From: Candidatus Bathyarchaeia archaeon
GTDB taxonomy: Archaea > Thermoproteota > Bathyarchaeia > TCS64
NCBI GenBank assembly: GCA_050014495.1
Contig: JBEKDF010000037.1
Span: forward strand, 1-29,215
Reading direction: 5' to 3'
Length of the DNA: 29,215 nucleotides
Shown: piece after piece, positions 18,021 through 27,812 of the stretch
How the letters are laid out: each line of letters starts with the position of its first letter
Numbering within the stretch: the first letter of the stretch is position 1
Notes under the pieces: model-generated
The model's database searches: none
What the model was told of the DNA's origin: nothing
The model's input: the letters and a program-made list of their open reading frames with translations, nothing else
Translations under genes and position numbers: made by a program

Positions 18021-18338
18021 ATGCACGAGAAACTCGCAGCCAAGATAGAGGAATTCAAGGCGATGGGAATCCAATTCACCCTCGACGGATTCGCAGTAGC
18101 CGATTTTCTAACTCAGCTGGATGCATTCACAGACATCAGGTACATCGAATTCAAGGGCTCTCGCCTCTCCATCTGGCTGGGGGAGCTTAAAGGCACGACC
18201 AAGGACTGGGCCGCAATGATACCTTTAGCCAGCATCCTCGGCACGATCACAGCTTGCGCTGAGGACACACCCGAGGGCTATAAGCTCTGGTTCGAGTGGA
18301 TGCTCCCGAAGGACATCCACTACGAGAAACAGATCTAA
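18021..18338 (+). CDS. Hypothetical protein
   Basis: ORF with host-like codon usage filling the gap before ileS; ATG at 18021 preferred; no family recognised. Confidence 0.6.
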   Translation: MHEKLAAKIEEFKAMGIQFTLDGFAVADFLTQLDAFTDIRYIEFKGSRLSIWLGELKGTTKDWAAMIPLASILGTITACAEDTPEGYKLWFEWMLPKDIHYEKQI

Positions 18339-18608
18339 AGAAATAAACATAGAAAGGATCAAAATGTGTTCTTTTCGTTAAATAAAACTCTAAAGCGATT
18401 TATGATTCACCTAAGAAAGAAAAAGCATACATTAAGCAATATTTCTGCAATAAATAGATGGAATAGGGCGAAAGCATTAACCTAACATTTTTATGGATTC
18501 GAGACGCCTCCCATATCGGTGCCACAGGTGTCCGGTGACCATAAAATTTAGCCGAAACACTCAAGACACCAGCAGTATCAAGATTCTAGACCCAACTGAG
18601 GACCAGAG

Positions 18609-21600
18609 ATGACCTTCCAACCAATAGACAGCAAAGTCGACGTCGCCTCACTGGAGCGCGAAATACAGAAGCTTTGGAGAGAGACCCACACCTTCGAGAG
18701 GAAGCGCAGCCTGAACGAGGGTAAACCCAAATGGAGCTTCATAGACGGCCCGATAACTGCCAACAACCCCATGGGCGTCCACCATGCCTGGGGTCGCACC
18801 TACAAGGATCTCTGGCAGCGCTATTGGTCGATGCGTGGACGCGATGTTCGCTACCAGAACGGCTTCGACTGCCAGGGACTGTGGGTCGAGGTAGAGGTCG
18901 AGAAGGAGCTCGGATTCGAGACGAAGCGCGATATAGAGGCCTATGGCATCGCAGAGTTCGTAAAGAAGTGCATACAGAGGGTACTAAACTACTCAGCAAT
19001 ACAGACCGAGCAGAGCATACGTTTAGGCTATTGGTGCGACTGGAACGACCCCGAGGAGCTACGAAAGCTCGCAAAGGCGATGGAGAACCCCATGCAGCAG
19101 ACCACCTACATTGGCTCCCACGGCCCTGTCATAGGCACAGCTGAGTACATAGTCGGTCAACTAGGAATGCCACAGGTCGGCGGAAGCTACTATACTCTAA
19201 GCGACGAGAATAACTACATGATCTGGACAGCCCTGAAAAGCTGCCATGAGAGGGGCTGGATATACAAGGGCCAGGACTCGATGCCGTGGTGCCCCCGCTG
19301 CAGCACAGGCATCAGTCAGCACGAGATAGTCACGGAGGGCTACAAGGAGATCACGCACACAACAGTCTATGTCCGATTTCCCCTCAAGGAAAGGGAAGGT
19401 AGTCTCCTCATCTGGACAACCACCCCTTGGACTCTGACAAGCAACGTCGCTGTCGCCGCCCACCCGGAACTAACCTACGTCAAGGTCAAACACGGCGACG
19501 AGATACTTTACCTTAGCAAGGGAACACTGACCAGCGTATTCACACAGAAGGGCAGCTACAAAGTCCTGGAGGAACTCAAAGGAAAGGCTATGGACGGATG
19601 GCGGTACTCTGCACCGTACGACGACATGGAGATACCCAAGAAGCTGTTTGTACCCGAGGCTCACCGCGTCATAATGTGGGATGCCGTTGGCGAAACGGAG
19701 GGAACTGGGCTGGTCCACATCGCGCCAGGAGCTGGTAAGGAGGACTTCGAGCTCGGCAAACTCAACAAGCTACCTGTCCCCGCTCCCCTCGACGAGTTTG
19801 GAGTTATAATTCAGGGCTTCGGATGGCTCACGGGAACGCACGTCTACAACTCAGCCGAGCCTATCTTCGACGACCTGAAGTCACGAGGTTTTCTCCTCCG
19901 AACCCAGAAGATCACTCACCGATATCCAACATGTTGGCGTTGTGGCTCCGAGCTCGTCTTCCGCCTCGTCAACGAGTGGTTCATCAACATGGGTGAGAAA
20001 TTCGAAAAACCCTACGAGGAGGTCACAAATAGTGAAAAGGACCATAACTTGCGTTACCAGATAATGGACTCCGCAAGCGACGTTCATTGGATACCAGACT
20101 TCGGTCTTAAACGTGAACTTGATTGGCTCCAAAACATGGATGATTGGATGATAAGCAAGAAGCGCTACTGGGGTCTCGCTCTACCAATCTGGCAATGTAG
20201 TTGTGGTTGGTTCACGGTTATTGGAGATAAGGAGGAGCTCAAGAGCAAATCTACCTCCGGCTGGGACAAGTTCGAGGGACACAGTCCTCATCGACCTTAC
20301 ATAGACTCCGTCAAGATAAGATGTGAAAGATGTGGAAACGAGGCCAGCAGGATACCCGAAGTCGGTAACCCGTGGCTCGACGCTGGGATAGTTGGTTACA
20401 GTACCCTCAGGTACCGTAGCGACCACACTTACTGGGAGAAATGGTTTCCAGCCGACTTTATCACCGAGTCCTTCCCTGGACAGTTCCGCAACTGGTTCTA
20501 CGCTATGCTCGCAGAAAGTACCATCCTAGAGCGAAGAACCCCTTACAAAGTCTGCCTAGGTCACGGTAATGTACTCGCTGAGGATGGACAGGAGATGCAT
20601 AAGAGTTGGGGCAACGCCATCTGGTTCGACGAAGCAGCCGAAACAATGGGCGCCGACGTGATGAGATGGATATATTGTGCAGCCAAACCGGAGAACGACG
20701 TATTATTTGGCTACACAAAAGCAAACGAGGTGAAGAGAATGTATTTTATGACGCTCCTCAATGTCTACAACTTCTTCACAATCTACGCCAACCTCGATAA
20801 GTGGACGCCGGACCAGCAGCCAAGGAACCTGCAGCAACTTGACAGGTGGGTCCTTTCAAGGCTAAACACTCTTATCAGAAACATTACCACATATCTTGAA
20901 AACTACGACGCATTAACTCCGACTCAAGAACTGGAGCACTTCGTGGATGCTCTCTCAAAATGGTACGTCCGAAGGAGCAGACGTCGTTTTTGGAAGACCG
21001 AGGCTGATGATGAGAAGAAAGGAGCATACGCGACCCTCTATAAGTGCTTAAAGACGGTCACTCTCTTAATGGCGCCATTCACGCCACACGTTTCGGAAGC
21101 AATATACCAACGCCTCGTGAGGCCCGTGGAGACAGGTGGCCTCGAAAGTGTCCACCTCAACGACTGGCCGAGTGTTGATGAATCTATGATTGATGAGGGA
21201 CTAATGACAGAGATGGATCTTGCAATGAGCGCAAGCAGCCTTGGACGTGCTGCAAGGGCGAAGAGCCAGATAAAGCTTCGCCAGCCTCTAAGCGAAGCAA
21301 TAGTAGTCGTCTCCAAGGAACAGTTACAGATCGTCAAGAAAGTGAGTTCACTCATACGCGAGGAACTCAATGTTAAAGAGGTTAAAGTGACGAGTGAGCG
21401 AGACATCCTGCAGAGCTACGTAGCCAAGCCAGTGCCACGACTACTAGGAAGAAAACACGGCAGAAACTTCACAGTGGTAGCAGAAGCAATTAAGACTATG
21501 ACACCTGAACAAACAGAGGCACTAGCAGCCAATAAATCGGTATTAGTAAACGTCAACGGCAATCTTACAGAGGTTCTCCCAGAAGAGGTTGAGCTTGAGT

Positions 21601-21941
21601 CAAAGCCAGTCGAAGGTTACTCCATAATGGAGGAGGCTGGGCTTCTTATCGGCATCAATACAGCTATAGACCAGTCCCTTAGCAGCGAAGGCCTGGCCCG
21701 TGATATAGTCCGACGCATTCAGTCACTCCGTAAGGAGGCAAACTATGATATTAACGACCACATTGAGACCTATTACCGCGGTGACCCTGAGATAATCGAT
21801 GTCTTCCAAGAAGAGGCTGAATATATTAAGACCGAGACCCTCTCAGACACATTTCAAGAGGGCATACCACCTAAGAACGCAAAATCTGGCTCATACGAGA
21901 TAAATGGACTCCAACTTCTTCTAGGCCTCTGCAAAAAGTAG
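18609..21941 (+). CDS. ileS: Isoleucine--tRNA ligase (type 2-like, variant signature motifs)
   Basis: DGPITAN, GFDCQGL, WTTTPWTL, GTGLVH, DWMISxxRYWG, WYVRRSR, IKLRQPL and EGLARDIVRRIQ C-terminal domain. Confidence 0.97.
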   Translation: MTFQPIDSKVDVASLEREIQKLWRETHTFERKRSLNEGKPKWSFIDGPITANNPMGVHHAWGRTYKDLWQRYWSMRGRDVRYQNGFDCQGLWVEVEVEKELGFETKRDIEAYGIAEFVKKCIQRVLNYSAIQTEQSIRLGYWCDWNDPEELRKLAKAMENPMQQTTYIGSHGPVIGTAEYIVGQLGMPQVGGSYYTLSDENNYMIWTALKSCHERGWIYKGQDSMPWCPRCSTGISQHEIVTEGYKEITHTTVYVRFPLKEREGSLLIWTTTPWTLTSNVAVAAHPELTYVKVKHGDEILYLSKGTLTSVFTQKGSYKVLEELKGKAMDGWRYSAPYDDMEIPKKLFVPEAHRVIMWDAVGETEGTGLVHIAPGAGKEDFELGKLNKLPVPAPLDEFGVIIQGFGWLTGTHVYNSAEPIFDDLKSRGFLLRTQKITHRYPTCWRCGSELVFRLVNEWFINMGEKFEKPYEEVTNSEKDHNLRYQIMDSASDVHWIPDFGLKRELDWLQNMDDWMISKKRYWGLALPIWQCSCGWFTVIGDKEELKSKSTSGWDKFEGHSPHRPYIDSVKIRCERCGNEASRIPEVGNPWLDAGIVGYSTLRYRSDHTYWEKWFPADFITESFPGQFRNWFYAMLAESTILERRTPYKVCLGHGNVLAEDGQEMHKSWGNAIWFDEAAETMGADVMRWIYCAAKPENDVLFGYTKANEVKRMYFMTLLNVYNFFTIYANLDKWTPDQQPRNLQQLDRWVLSRLNTLIRNITTYLENYDALTPTQELEHFVDALSKWYVRRSRRRFWKTEADDEKKGAYATLYKCLKTVTLLMAPFTPHVSEAIYQRLVRPVETGGLESVHLNDWPSVDESMIDEGLMTEMDLAMSASSLGRAARAKSQIKLRQPLSEAIVVVSKEQLQIVKKVSSLIREELNVKEVKVTSERDILQSYVAKPVPRLLGRKHGRNFTVVAEAIKTMTPEQTEALAANKSVLVNVNGNLTEVLPEEVELESKPVEGYSIMEEAGLLIGINTAIDQSLSSEGLARDIVRRIQSLRKEANYDINDHIETYYRGDPEIIDVFQEEAEYIKTETLSDTFQEGIPPKNAKSGSYEINGLQLLLGLCKK

Positions 21942-21994
21942 CCCAACGGCGTCACCTTTATCAACTGCACCATTTGTTTAATCCGTGATTAAAC

Positions 21995-22297
21995 ATGCCA
22001 GGAAAGAAAAGCCTGAAGAAGATGGAGAAGACGCAGGACACCGAAGCTCCGAAGGAGGAAAAAAAGAAGGAGAAGTTAATCGGGTCTGTTGACGCTATTA
22101 ATGCGAACAGTCCCGAGCTTATGGACGCTATGAAGAAGATGAAAGTAATCACTCCTCCCGCTGTTGCCAGCCAGTTCAATTTGAAGGTCAGTGTAGCTAA
22201 GAAAATGCTTGAGGAGCTTGACGCCAACGGGACCATCAAACTCATGGCCCACACAAACAACTTGAGGGTCTACGCCCTTCCTCAAAAAGCTAATTAA
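21995..22297 (+). CDS. rps25e: 30S ribosomal protein eS25
   Basis: Lys-rich N-terminus, KVITPxxVASQFNLKVSVAKKMLEEL winged helix and C-terminal VY. Confidence 0.85.
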   Translation: MPGKKSLKKMEKTQDTEAPKEEKKKEKLIGSVDAINANSPELMDAMKKMKVITPPAVASQFNLKVSVAKKMLEELDANGTIKLMAHTNNLRVYALPQKAN

Positions 22298-22674
22298 ACG
22301 GCAACAATAATTATCCTAGAACCACTCTTCAGGTTCTTAATGATCTCGAGACCATTCGTTAACCTACCTATCTTATTGACCGGGCCATATGTCTTCGCGG
22401 CCTCCGGGTAGATACATAGACTCCCCGTCCTGGGCCAGTATGCAATGGTACCTGCTTCTACCTGCGTTACTGACTTCTCGGTCCCTCTCTTTAATCCAAG
22501 GAGGATGGAGACGCAACCCTGAGACGGCACCGTCCTACCATTTATAGGCAGAATCTTTAAGATGTCACCAACGGTAAGTGGAGCAGTCAACCGATTCAAC
22601 TCGCCCGATGCCTCACCGATCCCCGCGATCTTTACAAGTATCGGAATCCTAGCCTGGCTCTCACCCATGGACAA
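22294..22674 (-). CDS. Cyclophilin-like fold protein (DUF369/TM1367-like)
   Basis: APLTVxxILKILPI, VEAGTIAYWP, LCIY and PVNKIG. Confidence 0.8.
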   Translation of the reverse strand: MSMGESQARIPILVKIAGIGEASGELNRLTAPLTVGDILKILPINGRTVPSQGCVSILLGLKRGTEKSVTQVEAGTIAYWPRTGSLCIYPEAAKTYGPVNKIGRLTNGLEIIKNLKSGSRIIIVAV

Positions 22675-23542
22675 GTCTCACCGCATAGCTCACAATCTCA
22701 TTTGCTACCTTAATGTTGGATGCGAGGTCTAGCGCCTGCCAACCAGGAGAGCCATTCACCTCAAGTATCACCGGACCATCCGGGGACTCTATAATGTCCA
22801 CGCCAGAGTAGTCAAGCCCCATAGTGTTTGAGGCCATCAAGCCTAGCTCAAGCATCTCCTCCGGCACCTTCTCATTCACCATCCGCCCACCTTGGGCAAC
22901 ATTCGTCTTCCATTTTCCATTGGCCCTGTACTTATACGCGGAGCCGACAACTGAGTCCCCTATCACGAAAACCCTGATATCCCTGCCAGGGTTCGGCACA
23001 TATTTCTGAAGGATCAACGGCTGACTATATCTATCCAGCATCTTGTAGGCGTTATATGCAAGGTCCGGATCGCTGAACCTCATACTCCCCTTCCCCATAC
23101 TGCTTAAAATAGGCTTATAGATGAAGTCCCCGTAGACCTCTGATACCCGATAGGCATCGGACATAGCCTCCGTTGTGTAAGTTGTGGGAATTGGCAGGCC
23201 CTCAGCCTCGAGGGTGTATTGTGTTGCATACTTATCCCTCGCCCTCCTGAATGCGTAGCACGGGTTAACCACTCTTATTCCCGCTATCTCCATGTGTTCT
23301 ATTAGACTGATACGCCTAGTGAGTTGTTCACAGGAACCCGGACCAAAGCTTCGTAGAAGACACACATCGAAGTCGGTGACATCGATGTCCCTGAGCCAGA
23401 ATCTGGAACCCGATCCAGAGACTTCGCTCGATACCTCAGCGGTTTGTCCACTGATTACCCCATGACCCTGGTTTTTGGCAGCTTCGACTAGCTCCTCGCT
23501 GTTTCTGCTTGCCACTGAGCCATAGAGGACGAGAATCTTCAT
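22661..23542 (-). CDS. RimK/LysX/MptN-family ATP-grasp ligase
   Basis: VVNP, RDKY, LPIPxT, KPxxSSMGKG, LQKYV, DIRVFVIG, WKTNVAQGG, GVDI and LEVNGSPG; start taken at MKILVLYG. Confidence 0.92.
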   Translation of the reverse strand: MKILVLYGSVASRNSEELVEAAKNQGHGVISGQTAEVSSEVSGSGSRFWLRDIDVTDFDVCLLRSFGPGSCEQLTRRISLIEHMEIAGIRVVNPCYAFRRARDKYATQYTLEAEGLPIPTTYTTEAMSDAYRVSEVYGDFIYKPILSSMGKGSMRFSDPDLAYNAYKMLDRYSQPLILQKYVPNPGRDIRVFVIGDSVVGSAYKYRANGKWKTNVAQGGRMVNEKVPEEMLELGLMASNTMGLDYSGVDIIESPDGPVILEVNGSPGWQALDLASNIKVANEIVSYAVRLVHG

Positions 23543-23695
23543 AATACCTGCAATACTGAGTGGGACCCTCGTAGATAAGCACACACGTTCGGCAATAGTT
23601 TGCACACTCATTCAATCGAGCTATAATACGAAATTATTCCAATCAAACCTGCGAAAGTAAATGGTTTATTTGAGTTTAGCTGAAAGTCCATAACG

Positions 23696-23742
23696 TTTTT
23701 AAGATGCCCCCAGTTTCCCTAGGTAGAAATTAACTAGGTAGA
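23696..23742 (+). promoter_or_regulatory. Putative TATA box and operator of the PadR-ABC operon
   Basis: TTTTTAAG at 23696-23703, then CTAGGTAGA twice (23719-23727, 23734-23742) just before the padR start. Confidence 0.45.
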
Positions 23743-23752
23743 GGTCAACCTA

Positions 23753-24301
23753 TTGTCCACCCCTCGAAATGCCATCCCACCACTCCCGAGGATCAGTCCA
23801 CTGCAATTCCTGCTTCTCATTCAGCTGGAAATGTCACCGAAATACGGGTACGAGATGTTGAAGTCAATAAAGGAGGCATTCGAGGGAGTATGGGAACCCA
23901 AGACGGGAACTATATACCCTGCGCTCAAAAGCCTCGAGAGAAGAGGTTTAATCGAACCACTCGCACGGGACGGCGTAGACTTCTACCAAATAACCGAAAA
24001 GGGCCGTAGTTTCCTGGAGCAGATAGGCTCCCATCAAGAGAACAGCTCGAAGTTCAGCGCGAGATTCATCACAGTGCTAATCAAGTGGATATCTCCAGAA
24101 TTAAAGAAGAAAATAATATCATCTTTCTCATGGATGGCGAGCGACGACACGAATATGTTGGGTAACATCATCGGTTTCTTTGATGAAAGCGTGGACAAAG
24201 ATATCCGACTACTATTCCTAAAGGGAATGCGTAAGAAGATGTCTAAACGCCTGGAAGAAATTGATAAGACTATATCAGAATTGGAGGCTAATAGGCCTTG
24301 A
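23753..24301 (+). CDS. PadR-family transcriptional regulator
   Basis: KYGYEM, WEPKTGTIYPALKSLERRGLI and YQITEKG. Confidence 0.93.
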   Translation: MSTPRNAIPPLPRISPLQFLLLIQLEMSPKYGYEMLKSIKEAFEGVWEPKTGTIYPALKSLERRGLIEPLARDGVDFYQITEKGRSFLEQIGSHQENSSKFSARFITVLIKWISPELKKKIISSFSWMASDDTNMLGNIIGFFDESVDKDIRLLFLKGMRKKMSKRLEEIDKTISELEANRP

Positions 24302-24987
24302 CATTGGTCATAGAAACACGCGATCTAATCAAGGAGTACTTCCAGGGAGGTCGCCCGCTCATTGTGCTGAAGAATATCAACCTTAAGATAGAGAAGGGGG
24401 AGTTCATGGCCATAATGGGGCCATCAGGGAGCGGAAAGTCGACGCTCCTCAACATGCTTGGAGCATTAGATCGCCCAACCTCCGGTAAGGTCTTCATAAA
24501 CGGGATAGACATTTCGAATCTCAACGACAACGGGCTAGCCGATCTCAGGAATAAGGAGATCGGCTTCATTTTTCAACAATTCAATCTCATACAAAGGATG
24601 GATGCCCTACACAACGTTGAGCTACCCCTCTCAATAGGTGGAGCCCCCCCAAAAGAGAGGGAGGAGAGAGCAAAGCAGCTCCTCAATTCAGTGGGACTCG
24701 GGGATAGAATCGATCATAGGCCTAATCAGCTTAGTGGAGGCGAGCAGCAGAGGGTCGCTATAGCAAGAGCCCTAGCCAACGACCCCCCACTGTTCCTCTG
24801 CGACGAGCTAACCGGCAACCTCGACTCCAAGACCGGACAGGAGATCATGGGTCTACTTCGTCACCTAAACCAGGATCAAGGCAAGACCTTCGTACTCATC
24901 ACCCACGATCCCAATGTAGCACAGGCCACAGATCGTCTGCTACAGATACAAGACGGTGAGATCGCTGGGGAGAAGAGATTCAAGTGA
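24298..24987 (+). CDS. ABC transporter ATP-binding protein (LolD/MacB/FtsE-like)
   Basis: [41 protein letters not shown] and ITHD. Confidence 0.96.
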   Translation: MTLVIETRDLIKEYFQGGRPLIVLKNINLKIEKGEFMAIMGPSGSGKSTLLNMLGALDRPTSGKVFINGIDISNLNDNGLADLRNKEIGFIFQQFNLIQRMDALHNVELPLSIGGAPPKEREERAKQLLNSVGLGDRIDHRPNQLSGGEQQRVAIARALANDPPLFLCDELTGNLDSKTGQEIMGLLRHLNQDQGKTFVLITHDPNVAQATDRLLQIQDGEIAGEKRFK

Positions 24988-26513
24988 TGTACATGAAAGG
25001 AATAAGTAGATTTTTAATACCAATCCTATTGGTCTGCTTAACTGCAGGCCAGATAGCGACCACGCACGCGGATGACTACATCCCCCACCTGCAGGTCACG
25101 ACGACAAACACAACATTAGCTGCAGGATCAAAGGGAAGCATAAGCATAACCTTCTACAACGGGGGAAACTTCGATGTTACAGAGATAGAAGCGCTATTAA
25201 CCTCAACAACGCCAGGTGTATCGATCCTGGACGGATCCCAATATGTCAATAATAAGATTAGTTCAGGCACTTCAGCCACTTATACACCAACCATAATTAT
25301 GGATCAGAGTATTGGCGTCGGTGCATACCCCCTCACGATGACGCTCAGTTATCTACGTGCCGGCCGCGGGATCGTGACCGAGTCGATCCCCATAACCATC
25401 GTTGTGAATCAACCATCACTTCCCGCTGTAAGAATAACAACATCCGAGAGCATAATAACTCCGGGTGCTGAAACCGTAGTTACCCTGACAGTCGAAAACA
25501 TGGGCAACACAAGCATCAAAGACGTCGACATTACACTCACCCCAGCGAGTCCGCTCCTCACGTTGACAGACCAGATCAATAACTACTTCACCGAATTGAA
25601 AGCGGGGACATCAACCTCATACGATGTAAAAATAAAAGCACTTGAAAACACCCCTATAGGTGCTTACTCTTTGACAGCGCAGGTATGGTACATAAACGAC
25701 TCTGGTGTTGAAGCAAAACAAACAATTAGTATACCTCTGGAGGTCACTACAACCGTTCAGACAAGGAGCCCCGTGATCACAATCGCAAACTTGAATCCGA
25801 GTAGAGTCATCCCAGGTGAGCAATTCAGCATAGATCTTCAGGCATCCTGCTCAGACGCCGCAGTCTATAACGTAAAGGCCGTACTCAGCCCGGATGTTAC
25901 AAGCTTAATCTCGCCTCTGAATCCAACCACCGTCTCTCTAGGTGATCTACCAATTGGTGGGAATGCCAAATTCACCTACATCCTCCTTCTGAGTGGTGCT
26001 GCCACAGCGGGTGACATCCCACTCACTGTCACCGTGAAGTACATCGACTCCAAAGGCGTTCAAGGCGTCGCAACCGAGACGATCACCATACCCGTAGAGA
26101 ACCTCGTCCAGTTTTCCTTGATGGAGGATATGGTAATCACAGCTCAGAGGGGTAGTAACCAGAGCCTGGAGGCCGATTTATTGCTGGTGGGTACCGGTAA
26201 GGTCGAGTTCACCCGAATTCAGGTTCTACCCGATATACACGTGAATCAGATCGCTGGTAGTACACAGTACATTGGGGCGATAGATCCTGATAGCCCGGTG
26301 CCATTCACGTTGAAGTATGCTGTGAACAGCAACTCAACGACAGGAGACTACAGCTTAAAGTTGAAAATCACTTATCTGGATAGCAGGAACACTCAGCAGA
26401 ATTCTACGATAAGTGTTCCCTTAACCATAACAAACCCGTCGACAGTCATACAAACACCTTCAAGTAATGGCGGGATATGGGGCTGGTTGAAGAGGCTATT
26501 CGGTCTTCAGTAG
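24984..26513 (+). CDS. Secreted S-layer-domain (COG1361-like) multi-Ig-fold protein
   Basis: Signal peptide, about four repeated beta-rich units (N.G...., G.Y.L.....Y.D..G), position between ABC ATPase and permease. Confidence 0.8.
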   Translation: MMYMKGISRFLIPILLVCLTAGQIATTHADDYIPHLQVTTTNTTLAAGSKGSISITFYNGGNFDVTEIEALLTSTTPGVSILDGSQYVNNKISSGTSATYTPTIIMDQSIGVGAYPLTMTLSYLRAGRGIVTESIPITIVVNQPSLPAVRITTSESIITPGAETVVTLTVENMGNTSIKDVDITLTPASPLLTLTDQINNYFTELKAGTSTSYDVKIKALENTPIGAYSLTAQVWYINDSGVEAKQTISIPLEVTTTVQTRSPVITIANLNPSRVIPGEQFSIDLQASCSDAAVYNVKAVLSPDVTSLISPLNPTTVSLGDLPIGGNAKFTYILLLSGAATAGDIPLTVTVKYIDSKGVQGVATETITIPVENLVQFSLMEDMVITAQRGSNQSLEADLLLVGTGKVEFTRIQVLPDIHVNQIAGSTQYIGAIDPDSPVPFTLKYAVNSNSTTGDYSLKLKITYLDSRNTQQNSTISVPLTITNPSTVIQTPSSNGGIWGWLKRLFGLQ

Positions 26514-26525
26514 GTCGAATGACCC

Positions 26526-27716
26526 TTGAACCTAAGGGACATATTTGGCACAGCCTGGGATAGCGTCAGGTCAAGGAAGTTTAGATTCGCACTCAACCTA
26601 ATAGGCATACTTATCGGATGTGCAGCAGTGACTGGACTTGTATCGATAACTCAAGGACTCAGTAACAATATAAGTGGTCAGCTACAGATCTTCGGACCAC
26701 AGGACATTATGGTGGTTCCAGGTGGATTCACGGGTGGGACCATGTCATTAGGTACACTAACCTACAAAGACCTTACAACTATATCAAAGGTTCAGAATGT
26801 CACTTTAGCTACACCAATAATAGCGAACAAGGCTTCAACATATACCTTACAAGGGAAAACGTATCGCGTCACGACATACGGCATCACCGAAGACTTCCAG
26901 AAGATAAACCAGGATGCCAAAATCTCAGATGGTAGAGGACTTGTCCGAAGTGATAATGGCGTGATAATAGTTGGCGCAAACGTCGCCTGGCCTCAGGACC
27001 AGTCTAAGCCTGTCTTGGGAGTGGGAGATAGAATAACACTTCACGCACTAGTAGGAAACACAGACAAAACTCTATCAGTACGTGTTGTGGGTATCCTTTC
27101 TAAAACGGGCGCCAGCTTTGGCGTAAACCTCGACGACTCGATAGCCATGTCGCTTCGAGATGCTCAACAGTTCTTCGAGACGGGAAACCAGTTCACATAT
27201 ATTATGGCCCAAGCCGATTCAATTGACAACGTGGCTTCTACAGCCGCTGCCATCAAGATTCGAATGGGCAAAGGTTATAGCGCTGTTACGTACGAATCGG
27301 CGAAAGCCGTAATGGATCAGGTCATAGGCTCGATACAGGCAGTCCTCGGTGGGATAGCTGCTATCAGTCTATTGGTCGCGGGTATTGGAATAGTCAACAC
27401 GATGACCATTAGCGTAATGGAGCGTACCCGAGAGATTGGTGTGATGAAGGCAATAGGGGCTAAGAGCAGACACGTATTAATGATGTTCATTTCAGAAGCT
27501 GTCTTCACAGGTCTAGTAGGCGGTCTCCTAGGTGTTATCGTTGGTTTCTCACTCGGCGAAGTAATTGGATCAGTTGTTGGAATCACCCCTGTAACATCGA
27601 TTATGAATGGGATGCTCGTCACGGGGTTTGCAGTTCTGACCTCCATGTTGTCAGGTATCTACCCGGCTTGGAGAGCCGCGAATCTAAGCCCTGTTGAGGC
27701 CCTTAGATCAGAGTAA
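26526..27716 (+). CDS. ABC transporter permease (MacB/FtsX family)
   Basis: RFALNLIGILIG, IAAISLLVAGIGIVNTM, ERTREIGVMKAIGA and YPAWRAANLSPVEALR. Confidence 0.95.
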   Translation: MNLRDIFGTAWDSVRSRKFRFALNLIGILIGCAAVTGLVSITQGLSNNISGQLQIFGPQDIMVVPGGFTGGTMSLGTLTYKDLTTISKVQNVTLATPIIANKASTYTLQGKTYRVTTYGITEDFQKINQDAKISDGRGLVRSDNGVIIVGANVAWPQDQSKPVLGVGDRITLHALVGNTDKTLSVRVVGILSKTGASFGVNLDDSIAMSLRDAQQFFETGNQFTYIMAQADSIDNVASTAAAIKIRMGKGYSAVTYESAKAVMDQVIGSIQAVLGGIAAISLLVAGIGIVNTMTISVMERTREIGVMKAIGAKSRHVLMMFISEAVFTGLVGGLLGVIVGFSLGEVIGSVVGITPVTSIMNGMLVTGFAVLTSMLSGIYPAWRAANLSPVEALRSE

Positions 27717-27717
27717 T

Positions 27718-27812
27718 TGGTGCGGCCGCCGGGATTTGAACCCGGGTCACCAACTTTCCCCAAAAAAAGGCTCATGGGGGGCTGGCGTCCTACCAGACTG
27801 GACTACGGCCGC
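27718..27812 (-). tRNA. tRNA-Gly(CCC) with 19-nt BHB intron (27756-27774) and encoded CCA
   Basis: Acceptor GCGGCCG/CGGCCGC, discriminator A plus CCA, D arm GTCC/GGAC, T loop TTCAAAT, anticodon at 27776-27778, intron at 37/38 with CCCC/GGGG central helix. Confidence 0.92.

Noticed and set aside
18480..18608. Canonical T-box riboswitch before ileS
   Set aside because: No AGGGTGGNACCGCG T-box, no stem I motifs and no terminator
19044..19184. Mini-intein in IleRS
   Set aside because: Too short and lacks a C/S start and HN-C/S/T end
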